Position numbers and translations under genes: made by a program. The notes below the pieces were generated by a model. It ran no database searches, was not told where the DNA came from, and saw nothing but the letters and a program-made list of their open reading frames with translations. A stretch of DNA of 29,786 nt from positions 1 through 29,786 of the forward strand of contig JAZNFN010000102.1 of NCBI GenBank assembly GCA_045576035.1, written 5' to 3'. Source of the DNA: Christensenellaceae bacterium (GTDB taxonomy: Bacteria; Bacillota; Clostridia; Christensenellales; Borkfalkiaceae). This document shows, in pieces, positions 1 to 9,774 of the stretch; positions within the stretch are counted from its first letter, which is position 1, and every line of letters starts with the position of its first letter.

Positions 1-58
1 CTATTTCAAGTTTAGAAATAAAATCAGCCGTTCCTTAAATGCTTTCACTCATAAATTA

Positions 59-87
59 ATTATAGCATAAATCAAGTTTTAAGTAAA
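59..87 (-). promoter_or_regulatory. sigma-A-like promoter pointing out of the window's left edge
   Basis: Minus strand TTTACT-17 bp-TATAAT with an extended TG. Confidence 0.55.
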
Positions 88-311
88 GTGATATTGTTTG
101 CCTTGCAAACAGTTATATTTTTAGAGCAAGTCTAAAAGTTATATTTTGACTTGCAGTCAAAGTTATATTATATTTGCCATAACTTACCCTATGGGTAAAA
201 ATAACTTTGCGTAGCAAAATATAACTGCGAAAGCAATATAACTTGCCGATAGGCAAATATAACTAGTGCGTCAGTAATAATCCCTATTACTGACGCACTA
301 ACTCCTTCGGG
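87..311. repeat. Array of 9-bp AGTTATATT / AATATAACT repeats separated by short hairpins, ending in a 15-bp perfect stem
   Basis: AGTKATATT at 87, 111, 137 and 161. Inverted copies AAWATAACT at 198, 218, 235 and 256, with a partial copy at 179. Nearly every spacer is a palindrome, e.g. GTTTGC-CTT-GCAAAC, TTGAC-TTGCA-GTCAA, TACCC-TAT-GGGTA, TGCC-GATA-GGCA. AGTGCGTCAGTAATA (265-279) pairs with TATTACTGACGCACT (285-299). Confidence 0.9.
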
Positions 312-335
312 GTTTTTTAACTTATTCTTTATCAA

Positions 336-755
336 TTAATCGTTTGCTTTGCTTTCGCAGTATATACAGCGATAAACTCTGTTTTCTTTATCAACAAGTT
401 TAAATGTATGTACTATTCCTTGTTCAATACTTGTGATACAGCGTGGATTTTTACACTTAATAACGTTTTTAACGGTCAAGGGAAGTTCAAGTTGCTTTTT
501 TTCCACCGTTTTTCCGTCTTTAATTACGTTTACTGTTACTTCGGGTGCGATATAGCCTAAAACGTCAAGTTTAACGTCTATATCGGCATCAATTTTAATT
601 ATATCTTTTTTGCCCGTTTTTTTACTTGGAACGTTCTTTATAAGTGCTACCGTACATTCAAGTTCATCAAGGTGTAAGAAGTTATAAACTTCCATACCCT
701 TGCCTGCTTCTATGTGGTCGATTACTATTCCGTTTTTAATTGGGTCGATTTTCAT
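336..755 (-). CDS. pyrI: Aspartate carbamoyltransferase regulatory chain
   Basis: N-terminal IKNGIVIDHI motif; Zn-binding CKNPRC...CIYC; follows pyrB; SD GGAGG. Confidence 0.97.
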   Translation of the reverse strand: MKIDPIKNGIVIDHIEAGKGMEVYNFLHLDELECTVALIKNVPSKKTGKKDIIKIDADIDVKLDVLGYIAPEVTVNVIKDGKTVEKKQLELPLTVKNVIKCKNPRCITSIEQGIVHTFKLVDKENRVYRCIYCESKAND

Positions 756-769
756 AACTACTTCCCTCC

Positions 770-1684
770 TTATTTAATACCCAAAAGTTTAAGTATTAGT
801 GCCATACGCATATATTTGCCGTTTGCAACCTGCTTAAAGTAGCACGCACGGGGGTCGTCGTCTACGTCCACGGCTATTTCGTTTACTCTGGGCAGTGGGT
901 GAAGAATAATCAAGTCCTTTTTAGCACGTTCAAGTTTTTCAGTAGTCAATATGTAACTGTCACGAAGTCTTAAATAGTCGTCTTCGTTAAAGAACCTTTC
1001 TTGCTGTACCCTAGTCATATATAAAACGTCAAGTTCTGGCATTGCTTGTTCTAAACTTGTAGTTTCAACGTAACTCATACCGTTTTTATCCATAACGTCT
1101 TGCTTAACGTAATCGGGAACTTTTAGTTCTTCGGGCGAAATTAAGATAATCTTTATACCCGTATATCGTGCAAGCGCTTGTATAAGTGAGTGAACCGTTC
1201 TGCCAAACTTTAAGTCACCGCAAAAACCTACCGTAAGGTTATTTAACCTACCCTTTTCGGTCTTAATTGTTAAAAGGTCTGCAAGTGTTTGCGTGGGGTG
1301 ATTATGTCCGCCGTCCCCTGCGTTAATTATTGGTACGGTTGCATAATTTGATGCAACGAGCGGTGCACCTTCTTTGGGGTGGCGCATTGCGATTATATCA
1401 GCATAGCAACTTACCACCCTTACAGTATCCGCAACGCTTTCACCCTTTGATGCAGAAGAACTGTTTGCGTCCGAAAAACCCAACACACTTCCACCAAGAG
1501 AGAGCATTGCCGACTCAAAACTGAGTCTTGTTCTTGTAGACGGTTCAAAAAACAGCGTTGCAAGTTGTTTATGCTTACACTTTTCCCTATAATCGTTTGG
1601 ATTTTTTATTATATCTTCGGCTACGCCTAAAAGTTCGTCTAATTCTTCAACCGAAAAATCAGTGATTGCCAATAAATTTCTCAT
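770..1684 (-). CDS. pyrB: Aspartate carbamoyltransferase catalytic chain
   Basis: [33 protein letters not shown] and HPLP motifs. Start placed at ATG 1684 behind AAGGAG (ORF track start 1717). Confidence 0.97.
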   Translation of the reverse strand: MRNLLAITDFSVEELDELLGVAEDIIKNPNDYREKCKHKQLATLFFEPSTRTRLSFESAMLSLGGSVLGFSDANSSSASKGESVADTVRVVSCYADIIAMRHPKEGAPLVASNYATVPIINAGDGGHNHPTQTLADLLTIKTEKGRLNNLTVGFCGDLKFGRTVHSLIQALARYTGIKIILISPEELKVPDYVKQDVMDKNGMSYVETTSLEQAMPELDVLYMTRVQQERFFNEDDYLRLRDSYILTTEKLERAKKDLIILHPLPRVNEIAVDVDDDPRACYFKQVANGKYMRMALILKLLGIK

Positions 1685-1701
1685 TAGCGACTCCTTTATA
1701 A

Positions 1702-2340
1702 TTATACTTTTATCCAACTTTCGTCAGACGGGTTGTTTCTAAACGCAATCAATCTTTCCTTATCGCTTTCTTTTATGTAGCCCGTTTGTGCTGCAACTTC
1801 GATTACGGTATCAAAATCAGTGAGCGAAACGTTTTTAACGTTTGCTTCTTTAAGTCTTTCAATACCCTTTTTCATTCCGTAAGTATAAATACTTACTATA
1901 CCAAGTACGACTGCACCTGCTTCACGAAGCGCTTCAACAACGTCGATACAACTTCCGCCCGTTGAAATAAGGTCTTCAACTACTACTACCTTAGTACCTG
2001 GTTCTAACTTGCCTTCAATTTTATTGTTTCTGCCGTGGTCTTTACTTGAACCACGAACGTAACCCATAGGCATACCTAGAATATGACCTGCGATTGCTGC
2101 GTGTGCAATACCTGCCGTACTTGTTCCAAATAGTGCTTCGGCTTCGGGGTATTCTCTTTTTACCGTTTCAGCGATTGCGTTTTCTACAACGTCACGAGCA
2201 TCAGGTGCGGTGAGAATAAGTCTGTTATCACAATAGATAGGGCTCTTTATTCCGCTTGCCCAAGTGAAAGGTTCATCGGGGCGAAGAAAAACAGCTTTTA
2301 TTTTAAGCAAGTTTTGTGCAACGATTTTTGCAATTTCCAT
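1702..2340 (-). CDS. pyrE: Orotate phosphoribosyltransferase
   Basis: [16 protein letters not shown] and the PRPP-binding loop [13 protein letters not shown]. Confidence 0.97.
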   Translation of the reverse strand: MEIAKIVAQNLLKIKAVFLRPDEPFTWASGIKSPIYCDNRLILTAPDARDVVENAIAETVKREYPEAEALFGTSTAGIAHAAIAGHILGMPMGYVRGSSKDHGRNNKIEGKLEPGTKVVVVEDLISTGGSCIDVVEALREAGAVVLGIVSIYTYGMKKGIERLKEANVKNVSLTDFDTVIEVAAQTGYIKESDKERLIAFRNNPSDESWIKV

Positions 2341-2357
2341 TATCGTATCTCCTTTTT

Positions 2358-3056
2358 TTATCCTAAAAATTCTTCAACGCACTTTCTGTACGCACTAACG
2401 GGGTCTTGCGCACCCGTGATTGAACGACCTACAACTATGTAGTCAGAACCAAGTTCTTTTGCCATTGCAGGTGTGGTTACACGCTTTTGGTCACCAACAG
2501 CATCGCCTGCAAGACGGATACCCGGGGTTATGGTTAAGAATTCTTTACCACAAACGTCTTTAACCTTGCCTGCTTCAAGCGGTGAACAAACTACACCGTC
2601 AAGTCCGCAATTCTTTGCGTTTTCAGCATAGCTCATAACCACTTCGTCAAGCGGTTTATCAATTAAAAGTTCGTTTGTCATAAGTTCTTGGTTAGTTGAA
2701 GTCAACTGCGTTACTGCAATCAAAAGCGGTCTTGTTCCGTCTGCACGAGTTAGGCCTTCAAGTGCGCCTTTCATCATAACCGAACCGCCACTTGCGTGCA
2801 AGTTTACCATATCAACGTCGTACCCCGAAAGCACTGCCATTGACTTTTTTACAGTGTTAGGAATGTCGTGAAGTTTTAAGTCTAAAAAGATTTTATGTCC
2901 ACGACGTTTGATTTCTTTTACAATTTCTACTCCGCCGGCATAGAATAATTCCATACCCACTTTTAAGTAAGGCTTTTCTTCCTTGAATTTATCAAGAAAA
3001 TCGAAAAGCTGTTCTTTGCCGTTAAAATCACAAGCGATTATTACGTCTTTTTTCAT
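2358..3056 (-). CDS. pyrF: Orotidine-5'-phosphate decarboxylase
   Basis: FLDLKLHDIPNTV, TPGIR, DQKRVTTP and VVGRSIT motifs. Confidence 0.97.
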   Translation of the reverse strand: MKKDVIIACDFNGKEQLFDFLDKFKEEKPYLKVGMELFYAGGVEIVKEIKRRGHKIFLDLKLHDIPNTVKKSMAVLSGYDVDMVNLHASGGSVMMKGALEGLTRADGTRPLLIAVTQLTSTNQELMTNELLIDKPLDEVVMSYAENAKNCGLDGVVCSPLEAGKVKDVCGKEFLTITPGIRLAGDAVGDQKRVTTPAMAKELGSDYIVVGRSITGAQDPVSAYRKCVEEFLG

Positions 3057-3967
3057 TGGTGAGCCACTCCTATAATTTCTTTTAAACTGTTAATTTTATA
3101 TTTTTTCATTACTTGCGGAAGATTGTTTATTATATCTCTACAAGCATACGGATTTACTAAATTTTCTGCACCGACTTGAACTGCACTTGCGCCCGCAAGC
3201 ATCATTTCAACAACGTCCTCAGCCGTTGCAACACCACCTATGCCCATAATGGGAAGTTTTACCGCTTCGTAAACTTGATATATCATTTTAAGCGCTATCG
3301 GAAATATTGCCCTGCCCGAAAATCCGCCTATCTTATTTGCTATTACGGGTTTTTTACTTTTTAAGTCAATGCGAAGTCCTTGCGAAGTGTTGATTAAACT
3401 TATTCCGTCTGCACCGCCCTGTTCACACGCTTTTGCTATCGAAACAATATCGGTTACGTTTGGCGTAAGTTTTATAAACACGGGTTTATCGGTTACCTTT
3501 TTAACTGCCTTTGTTACGGCTTCGGCATTTTCGGGAAGAGTGCCGAAACTCATTCCGCCGTTATGAACGTTAGGACAGCTGATGTTTACTTCAATAATAT
3601 CAACGTCTTTAACAGCGTTTATCTTTTCGCAACAGTGAACATATTCGTCAATAGAAAATCCACTGATATTTGATATTATCGGTTTACTATACACTTCACG
3701 AAGTTTTGGTATTTCGTAAGATATAACCTTATCTATACCTGGGTTTTGAAGTCCGATTGAGTTGATTAGTCCCGACGTGCATTCTGCGATTCTTGGCGTG
3801 GGGTTACCAAAACGTGCTTCTTTTGTAGTTCCCTTTATTGATATTGCGCCAAGTATATTTATGTCGTAAATTTCACTAAATTCATAGCCAAACCCGAAAG
3901 TTCCACTTGCTGGGATTACGGGATTATCAAGTTTAACTCCGCACAATGAGGTTGAAATATCTACCAT
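3053..3967 (-). CDS. pyrD: Dihydroorotate dehydrogenase (family 1B) catalytic subunit
   Basis: NPVIPASGTFG, EVNISCPNV, IKLTPNVTDI and GGFSG motifs; adjacent to pyrK. Confidence 0.95.
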   Translation of the reverse strand: MVDISTSLCGVKLDNPVIPASGTFGFGYEFSEIYDINILGAISIKGTTKEARFGNPTPRIAECTSGLINSIGLQNPGIDKVISYEIPKLREVYSKPIISNISGFSIDEYVHCCEKINAVKDVDIIEVNISCPNVHNGGMSFGTLPENAEAVTKAVKKVTDKPVFIKLTPNVTDIVSIAKACEQGGADGISLINTSQGLRIDLKSKKPVIANKIGGFSGRAIFPIALKMIYQVYEAVKLPIMGIGGVATAEDVVEMMLAGASAVQVGAENLVNPYACRDIINNLPQVMKKYKINSLKEIIGVAHQ

Positions 3968-4698
3968 ATAATTTCCTCCTTTTGAAGAACGGGTCCGTCT
4001 TTACATATACGTTTATTGCCGTATTTGGTTTTACACGAACAGCCCATACAAGCACCGAAGCCACAGCCCATACGCTCTTCAAATGAATATGAACCGTCGC
4101 TTGTGGTTGCGTTATATACTGCTTTTAACATCGGTTCGGGACCACAAGTATAAACGTGCGTATATTCGCCAACTTCTTTTAATGCGTCGGTTACAAAACC
4201 TTTTACACCAACGCTTCCGTCAGCCGTTGCTACAAGCACGGGCGCACCAAGTTTTTCAAATTCTTCCTTATAAAAAATCTCACTTGCAGTATTAAAACCG
4301 ATAATTACCGTCGGTTGTTTACCTTGCTCGATAAGTTTTTTACAAAGGTTATATAAGGGCGGAACACCTACCCCACCGCCGATTAAAAGTGGTTTTTCAC
4401 CTGAAAATTCGGTAAAGTATCCGTTGCCAAGTCCGGTTAATATATCAAGTTTTTTACCACCGTCAAAACTTGCCATCTGTTCTGTACCACGCCCAACCAC
4501 TTTATATATAATTGTTAGTTTTCCGTCTTCATAATCGCAAACGGATATAGGACGGCGAAGATACAATCCGTCAAGTTCAATATTAACGAATTGCCCCGAA
4601 CGCTCTATTGCGCTAGTATCACCCGATAAGGTCATTTTATAAACCGAATCGGTTAATTTTTCATTAGTTAAAACGGTAAAAATTCCTTTTTTTAACAT
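3961..4698 (-). CDS. pyrK: Dihydroorotate dehydrogenase electron-transfer subunit
   Basis: LRRPIS, IGGGVGVPP, CGPEPM and the 2Fe-2S motif CGFGACMGC...C. Confidence 0.95.
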   Translation of the reverse strand: MLKKGIFTVLTNEKLTDSVYKMTLSGDTSAIERSGQFVNIELDGLYLRRPISVCDYEDGKLTIIYKVVGRGTEQMASFDGGKKLDILTGLGNGYFTEFSGEKPLLIGGGVGVPPLYNLCKKLIEQGKQPTVIIGFNTASEIFYKEEFEKLGAPVLVATADGSVGVKGFVTDALKEVGEYTHVYTCGPEPMLKAVYNATTSDGSYSFEERMGCGFGACMGCSCKTKYGNKRICKDGPVLQKEEIIW

Positions 4699-4759
4699 TT
4701 ATTCTCCTTTTAAACGAAGTTAGTTGCCTTTTGCATTTAATATGACTTTGTATATGATA

Positions 4760-5050
4760 TTTAAGGGATTAGAAACGAGCGTGACGTTTGAAGTTGCTTG
4801 GTTTGATTTAAGGTGTTTGTATTTTCTTTTATGTTAAGGGACAACTCTTTTCCGAAGTCGTTTTCCCTTAACTATCCCTTTTACAAACTCCTCATATCCC
4901 CTTACCCCTTACTCTTTAAGGGGTTATTTTTTGGGTTTAAGGGATTAGAAACAAGCAAGACAAGGCTCGCGAAGCGTTTTGGGTGAGACTAACCGTCTGG
5001 TTGTCGAAATCAAAACGCTAAGCAGTAACGCAGAAATGCGACGTTTATAA
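4760..5050. repeat. Repeat/hairpin-rich spacer between carB and pyrK
   Basis: 21-bp direct repeat TTTAAGGGATTAGAAAC(G/A)AGC at 4760-4780 and 4936-4956. Hairpins GTTAAGGGA...TCCCTTAAC (4833-4872), ACCCCTTA-CTCTT-TAAGGGGT and AGCGTTTTG...CAAAACGCT. Confidence 0.7.
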
Positions 5051-5059
5051 GCCTTTAAA

Positions 5060-8000
5060 TTAGGCGTCGATGGTCGAAATGCAGAGAGTGGTTTCTTCCA
5101 ATACGTCTAACAATACTTTTACAGTGTCGAGAGCAGTAAAGATTGTAACGTTGTTTTCAACGGCGGCACGGCGAATTTGATATCCGTCGTTTGCTGCGCC
5201 AACAGCGTTTACGTCCCTTGTGTTTATAACGTAGGTAACGTAGCCTTTACGGATTGAATCTAAAATTTCTTCGCTTCCTTCACTAATTTTTGCCTTAACT
5301 CTTGTTCTTATACCATTTTCTTTCAAGAATTTTGCAGTTCCAGCAGTTGCTTCAATGTTAAAGCCAAGGTTATAGAACCTTCTAACAAGTGGAAGTGCTT
5401 CTTCTTTATCGCTATCTGTTACAGATACAAGCAACGTGCCGTAATTCATTACGTTCATACCCGATGCTTGTAGTGCCTTATAAAGCGCCCTATTAAGTTT
5501 ATCGTCATAGCCGATTGCTTCGCCCGTTGACTTCATTTCGGGTGAAAGATAAGCGTCAAGACCTTTAAGTTTATTGAATGAGAATGCAGGTGCTTTAACG
5601 TACCAACGTTTCTTTTCTTTTGGATAAACTTCGGTTATGCCTTGCTCTTTAAGGCTCTTTCCAAGAATTACTCTCGTACCGATATCTGCAAGTGAGTATC
5701 CCGTTGATTTTGAAAGGAACGGAACTGTTCTTGACGACCTTGGATTTACTTCAATTACATATACGTCTTCGTTTTTATCGACAATAAACTGAATATTGTA
5801 TAAGCCTTTTATGCCTATTCCAAGACCAAGTTTTTTGCCGTATTCAATTATGGTTTGTTTTGCTTTATCGCTTACTGAGAACGTGGGATATACGCTTATG
5901 CTATCGCCTGAGTGAATACCCGTTCTTTCGATAAGTTCCATTATACCTGGAATAAATACGTCTTTTCCGTCGCAAACGGCATCTATTTCAAGTTCTTTAC
6001 CTACGATATATTTATCGACAAGTATGGGGTGGTCTTCGCTGATGTCAACTGCTGTTTTTAGGTATTGACGTAAGCCTTGTTCATTGCCGACAATTTGCAT
6101 TGCCCTACCACCTAAAACATAAGACGGACGAACTAATACGGGATATCCGATTTGCTCAGCAACCTTTACGCCGTCTTCAACGCTGAACACTGCTTGTCCC
6201 TTAGGTTGCGGAATTCCAAGCTTGGTCATAATTTTTTCAAACGCATCTCTATCTTCGGCATTGTTGATTGCTTCACAATCAGTGCCGATAAGTTTTGCGC
6301 CACGTTCCATAATTGATTCAGCAAGGTTAATTGCTGTTTGTCCACCAAGTGAAGTTATTACACCCATCGGGTTTTCAAACTCAATTACGTTCATAACGTC
6401 TTCTGCGGTAAGCGGTTCAAAATAAAGTTTGTCGCTTACGGTATAGTCGGTTGAAACGGTTTCGGGGTTGTTGTTTATAATTATTGCTTCAAGTCCGCTT
6501 TCTTTTATGGTTTTAACAGAGTGAACGGTAGAATAGTCAAACTCTACGCCTTGACCGATTCTTATAGGTCCACTACCCAAAACGACTGCTTTTTCTTTGC
6601 TTGTAATTATCGAATCGTTTTCGCCCGTGTACGTTGAATAAAAATATGGTATATACGCACCGCTATGCAAGGTGTCAACCATCTTAAACACCGGTTTAAT
6701 ACCTTTTTGTTTTCTAAATGCGTTTACGTCTAATTCCTTGCACTTCCAAAGTTTTGCTATATATGCGTCTGAAAAGCCCATCTTCTTTGCTTCAAGAAGA
6801 ACTTTTTCATCATTGACGTTAGAAGCAAGTTTCTTTTCCATATCAACGATATCTCTGATACATTCAAGGAAAAGCGGTGTGATTTTGGTAACGTTATGTA
6901 CGGCTTCAATGTTTGCGTCACGGCTAAGAAGTTCGGCTATTGCAAAGATTGAATCGGATTTAAATTCTTTTAAATAATCCAAAAGTTCGGCGTTATTCAT
7001 ATTATCAAACTTATGGTGATAAATGTGGTTTACGCCAACTTCTAATGAACGAATTGATTTAAGCATACATTCTGAAAGATTTGAACCTATGCCCATTACT
7101 TCGCCCGTCGCTTTCATTTGAGTACCCAAAGTGTTTTCTGCCGTAGTGAATTTATCGAACGGGAAACGTGGGAATTTTGCAACGATATAATCAAGCACGG
7201 GTTCGTGGTCTGCCGTAGTTCCTGAAACGTGAATTTCTTCAAGCGTCATACCTACTGCTACCTTTGCGGTAACCTTTGCTATTGGGTATCCACTTGCTTT
7301 TGACGCAAGTGCCGATGAACGTGAAACCCTAGGATTTACTTCGATTAAATAGTATTCACTTGAATTGGGATTGAGTGCAAACTGAACGTTGCAACCACCT
7401 TCAATTTGAAGTTCCCTTATTATCTTAATAGCTGCGTCGTTGAGCATTTTATGGTCGTGCTCAGAGAGTGAAAGTATTGGCGCAACTACGATTGAGTCGC
7501 CCGTGTGTACGCCTACGGGGTCTACGTTTTCCATACCGCATATAGTAATTGCTTTATCGGTTGAGTCACGCATAACTTCAAACTCTATTTCTTTATAACC
7601 TTTTACACTCTTTTCAACAAGAACTTGGTGTACAGGTGAAAGTTTTAGAGCGTTTTTCATTATCTGCTCTAATTCCGCATCGTCATCGGCAAAACCGCCG
7701 CCCGTTCCACCCAAAGTAAACGCAGGACGTAAAACTACGGGATAGCCTATGCGCTTTGCTGCTTCTTTTGCGTCTTCTATGCTATAAGTTATTTCAGACT
7801 GAATTACAGGTTGACCGATAGATTCACACATTTCTTTAAAGAGTTCCCTATCTTCTGCCCTTTCAATTGATTTTACGTTAGTTCCAAGAAGTTTAACGCC
7901 ACATTCATCTAATACGCCTTTTTTAGCAAGTTGCATTGCAAGGTTTAACCCCGTTTGTCCGCCAAGACCTGGGATAATAGCGTCTGGACGTTCATAACGC

Positions 8001-8233
8001 AAGATTTTTGCTATATATTCAAGCGTCAACGGCTCCATATATACTTTGTCTGCAATGGTCGTATCCGTCATTATGGTTGCGGGGTTAGAGTTACAAAGTA
8101 TAACTTCATAACCTTCTTCTTTTAGTGCTAAACACGCTTGCGTGCCTGCATAGTCGAACTCTGCCGCTTGACCTATTACGATAGGTCCGCTACCTATAAC
8201 CAATACTTTTTTGATGTCAGTTCTCTTTGGCAT
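5060..8233 (-). CDS. carB: Carbamoyl-phosphate synthase large subunit
   Basis: MPKRTDIKKVLVIGSGPIVIGQAAEFDY start; two ATP-grasp halves (IEVNPRVSRSS, IEVNPRSSRT); C-terminal MGS domain; 1057 aa. Confidence 0.97.
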   Translation of the reverse strand: MPKRTDIKKVLVIGSGPIVIGQAAEFDYAGTQACLALKEEGYEVILCNSNPATIMTDTTIADKVYMEPLTLEYIAKILRYERPDAIIPGLGGQTGLNLAMQLAKKGVLDECGVKLLGTNVKSIERAEDRELFKEMCESIGQPVIQSEITYSIEDAKEAAKRIGYPVVLRPAFTLGGTGGGFADDDAELEQIMKNALKLSPVHQVLVEKSVKGYKEIEFEVMRDSTDKAITICGMENVDPVGVHTGDSIVVAPILSLSEHDHKMLNDAAIKIIRELQIEGGCNVQFALNPNSSEYYLIEVNPRVSRSSALASKASGYPIAKVTAKVAVGMTLEEIHVSGTTADHEPVLDYIVAKFPRFPFDKFTTAENTLGTQMKATGEVMGIGSNLSECMLKSIRSLEVGVNHIYHHKFDNMNNAELLDYLKEFKSDSIFAIAELLSRDANIEAVHNVTKITPLFLECIRDIVDMEKKLASNVNDEKVLLEAKKMGFSDAYIAKLWKCKELDVNAFRKQKGIKPVFKMVDTLHSGAYIPYFYSTYTGENDSIITSKEKAVVLGSGPIRIGQGVEFDYSTVHSVKTIKESGLEAIIINNNPETVSTDYTVSDKLYFEPLTAEDVMNVIEFENPMGVITSLGGQTAINLAESIMERGAKLIGTDCEAINNAEDRDAFEKIMTKLGIPQPKGQAVFSVEDGVKVAEQIGYPVLVRPSYVLGGRAMQIVGNEQGLRQYLKTAVDISEDHPILVDKYIVGKELEIDAVCDGKDVFIPGIMELIERTGIHSGDSISVYPTFSVSDKAKQTIIEYGKKLGLGIGIKGLYNIQFIVDKNEDVYVIEVNPRSSRTVPFLSKSTGYSLADIGTRVILGKSLKEQGITEVYPKEKKRWYVKAPAFSFNKLKGLDAYLSPEMKSTGEAIGYDDKLNRALYKALQASGMNVMNYGTLLVSVTDSDKEEALPLVRRFYNLGFNIEATAGTAKFLKENGIRTRVKAKISEGSEEILDSIRKGYVTYVINTRDVNAVGAANDGYQIRRAAVENNVTIFTALDTVKVLLDVLEETTLCISTIDA

Positions 8234-8254
8234 ATATTTATTCTCCTTACAATG

Positions 8255-9523
8255 TTAGAAATTTATTGTTTTATGTTTATATACTATTTTACCTTTATTG
8301 AAGTTTACTAAGCACTTTCCGTATACTTTTTTATCCTTAAACGGCGTGCTTTTACCTTTTGATAAAAATTCATCGGGATTGACGGTGTATTCAGTATCTA
8401 AATCAAACACGCAAAGGTTTGCAACCCCACCGTCTTTTATGTTCATATCTAACCCAAAGCGTGCCCCGGGATTGATACTCATCAACTCTATCGCCTTTTC
8501 AAGCGTTATTTGACCGCTTTTTACAAGGTCTGTATATATTACTTGGAACGCCGTTTCCAACCCGACTATTCCGTTTATACTCTTTAACCCTTTGGATTTT
8601 TCTTCTACTGAGTGCGGTGCGTGGTCGGTTGCTATCATTTCAATAGTACCTTCCTTAATTCCTTTAAGAAGTGCTAATCTATCTTCTTCCGCCCTTATCG
8701 GTGGATTCATTTTGTATGCACCGTCTTCTTTTAGCATACTGTCGTTAAGCACAAGATAGTGAGGACCTGTTTCTGCCGTTACGTCAACACCGCGCGATTT
8801 TGCCTGACGGATAAGTTCAACGCTCTCTTTTGTCGAAACGTGGCAAACGTGATATTTTACACCCGTTTTTTCTGCCAAAATCAAGTCTCTCTCAACTTGC
8901 TTATATTCACTTGCCGAACTTATACCTTTATGTCCGTGAATTTTAGCGTATTCACCGTCGTGAATATATCCGCCAAAAAGCAAACTATCATCTTCACAAT
9001 GCGCAACGATAACCTTATCGTTATTTTTGGCTTTAATCATTGCACGTTCCATCATTTCTTGACTTTGAACGCCTTTTCCGTCATCAGAAAAACCAAGAAC
9101 CTTTTGAGAGAGCGCATCTATATCTACAAGTTCTATCCCCTTTTCGCCCTTAGTTATTGAAGCGTAAGGATACACGTCGATAGCAGCGTCCTTATCAATT
9201 ATATCTTGTTGAACTTTTAAGTTTTCAATACTATCTGGTACGGGGTTTAGGTTTGCCATTGAAAATACGGCAGTATATCCCGATGCCGCCGCCGCTTGCG
9301 TACCCGTCTTAATAGTTTCTTTATATAAAAAACCCGGTTCTCTAAGATGCACGTGCACATCAACAAAACCGGGAAAAATATACTTATTTAAACAGTTTAC
9401 CTCTACAAAAGAAGACGTATCCATAGGTGCAGAAAAGAAAACTTTACCCCCTGAAATACAAAGGTCTTTCTTAGAAAAAGTTCCGTTTTGATATACTGTA
9501 CCGTTCTTTAATATAAAATCCAT
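8255..9523 (-). CDS. pyrC: Dihydroorotase
   Basis: DVHVHLREPG, HVCHVST, KMNPPIR and IATDHAPH motifs. Start placed at ATG 9523 behind AAGGTGG; the track start at 9565 lies inside the attenuator. Confidence 0.95.
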   Translation of the reverse strand: MDFILKNGTVYQNGTFSKKDLCISGGKVFFSAPMDTSSFVEVNCLNKYIFPGFVDVHVHLREPGFLYKETIKTGTQAAAASGYTAVFSMANLNPVPDSIENLKVQQDIIDKDAAIDVYPYASITKGEKGIELVDIDALSQKVLGFSDDGKGVQSQEMMERAMIKAKNNDKVIVAHCEDDSLLFGGYIHDGEYAKIHGHKGISSASEYKQVERDLILAEKTGVKYHVCHVSTKESVELIRQAKSRGVDVTAETGPHYLVLNDSMLKEDGAYKMNPPIRAEEDRLALLKGIKEGTIEMIATDHAPHSVEEKSKGLKSINGIVGLETAFQVIYTDLVKSGQITLEKAIELMSINPGARFGLDMNIKDGGVANLCVFDLDTEYTVNPDEFLSKGKSTPFKDKKVYGKCLVNFNKGKIVYKHKTINF

Positions 9524-9542
9524 ACGTCCACCTTGTTTGCAA

Positions 9543-9647
9543 TAAAAAAGCCCTGCATAAAGCAAGGCTATATCAGCGTAAAATACGGGTAACGCCCGCC
9601 AAACACAATTAAACCTTGTCGGTCTCTCTGTACCGAATTAAAGATTT
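9543..9647 (-). promoter_or_regulatory. PyrR-type transcription attenuator leader
   Basis: Binding stem-loop CTTTAA-TTCGGT-ACAGAGAG-ACCGA-CAAGGTTT (9611-9647). Terminator GCCTTGC-TTTAT-GCAGGGC-TTTTTT (about 9543-9569). CAAGGTT can alternatively pair with AGCCTTG to form an antiterminator. Confidence 0.85.
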
Positions 9648-9664
9648 ATTTTTTTATCTTGTAT

Positions 9665-9693
9665 ATAATAACATTTAAATATATTAATGTCAA
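9665..9693 (-). promoter_or_regulatory. sigma-A promoter of the pyr operon
   Basis: TTGACA-17 bp-TATTAT with an extended TG, just upstream of the attenuator. Confidence 0.75.
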
Positions 9694-9774
9694 GGATTTG
9701 ATAAAATATTTTAAAACGTAAAATATGTTTTTATATTCTAAAATAAAATTACACAAGAAACTATGGTCCTAAAC

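Noticed and set aside
87-311. CRISPR array
   Set aside because: Repeats are 9 bp, spacers are 8-17 bp and self-complementary, orientation inverts mid-array, and there are no cas genes.
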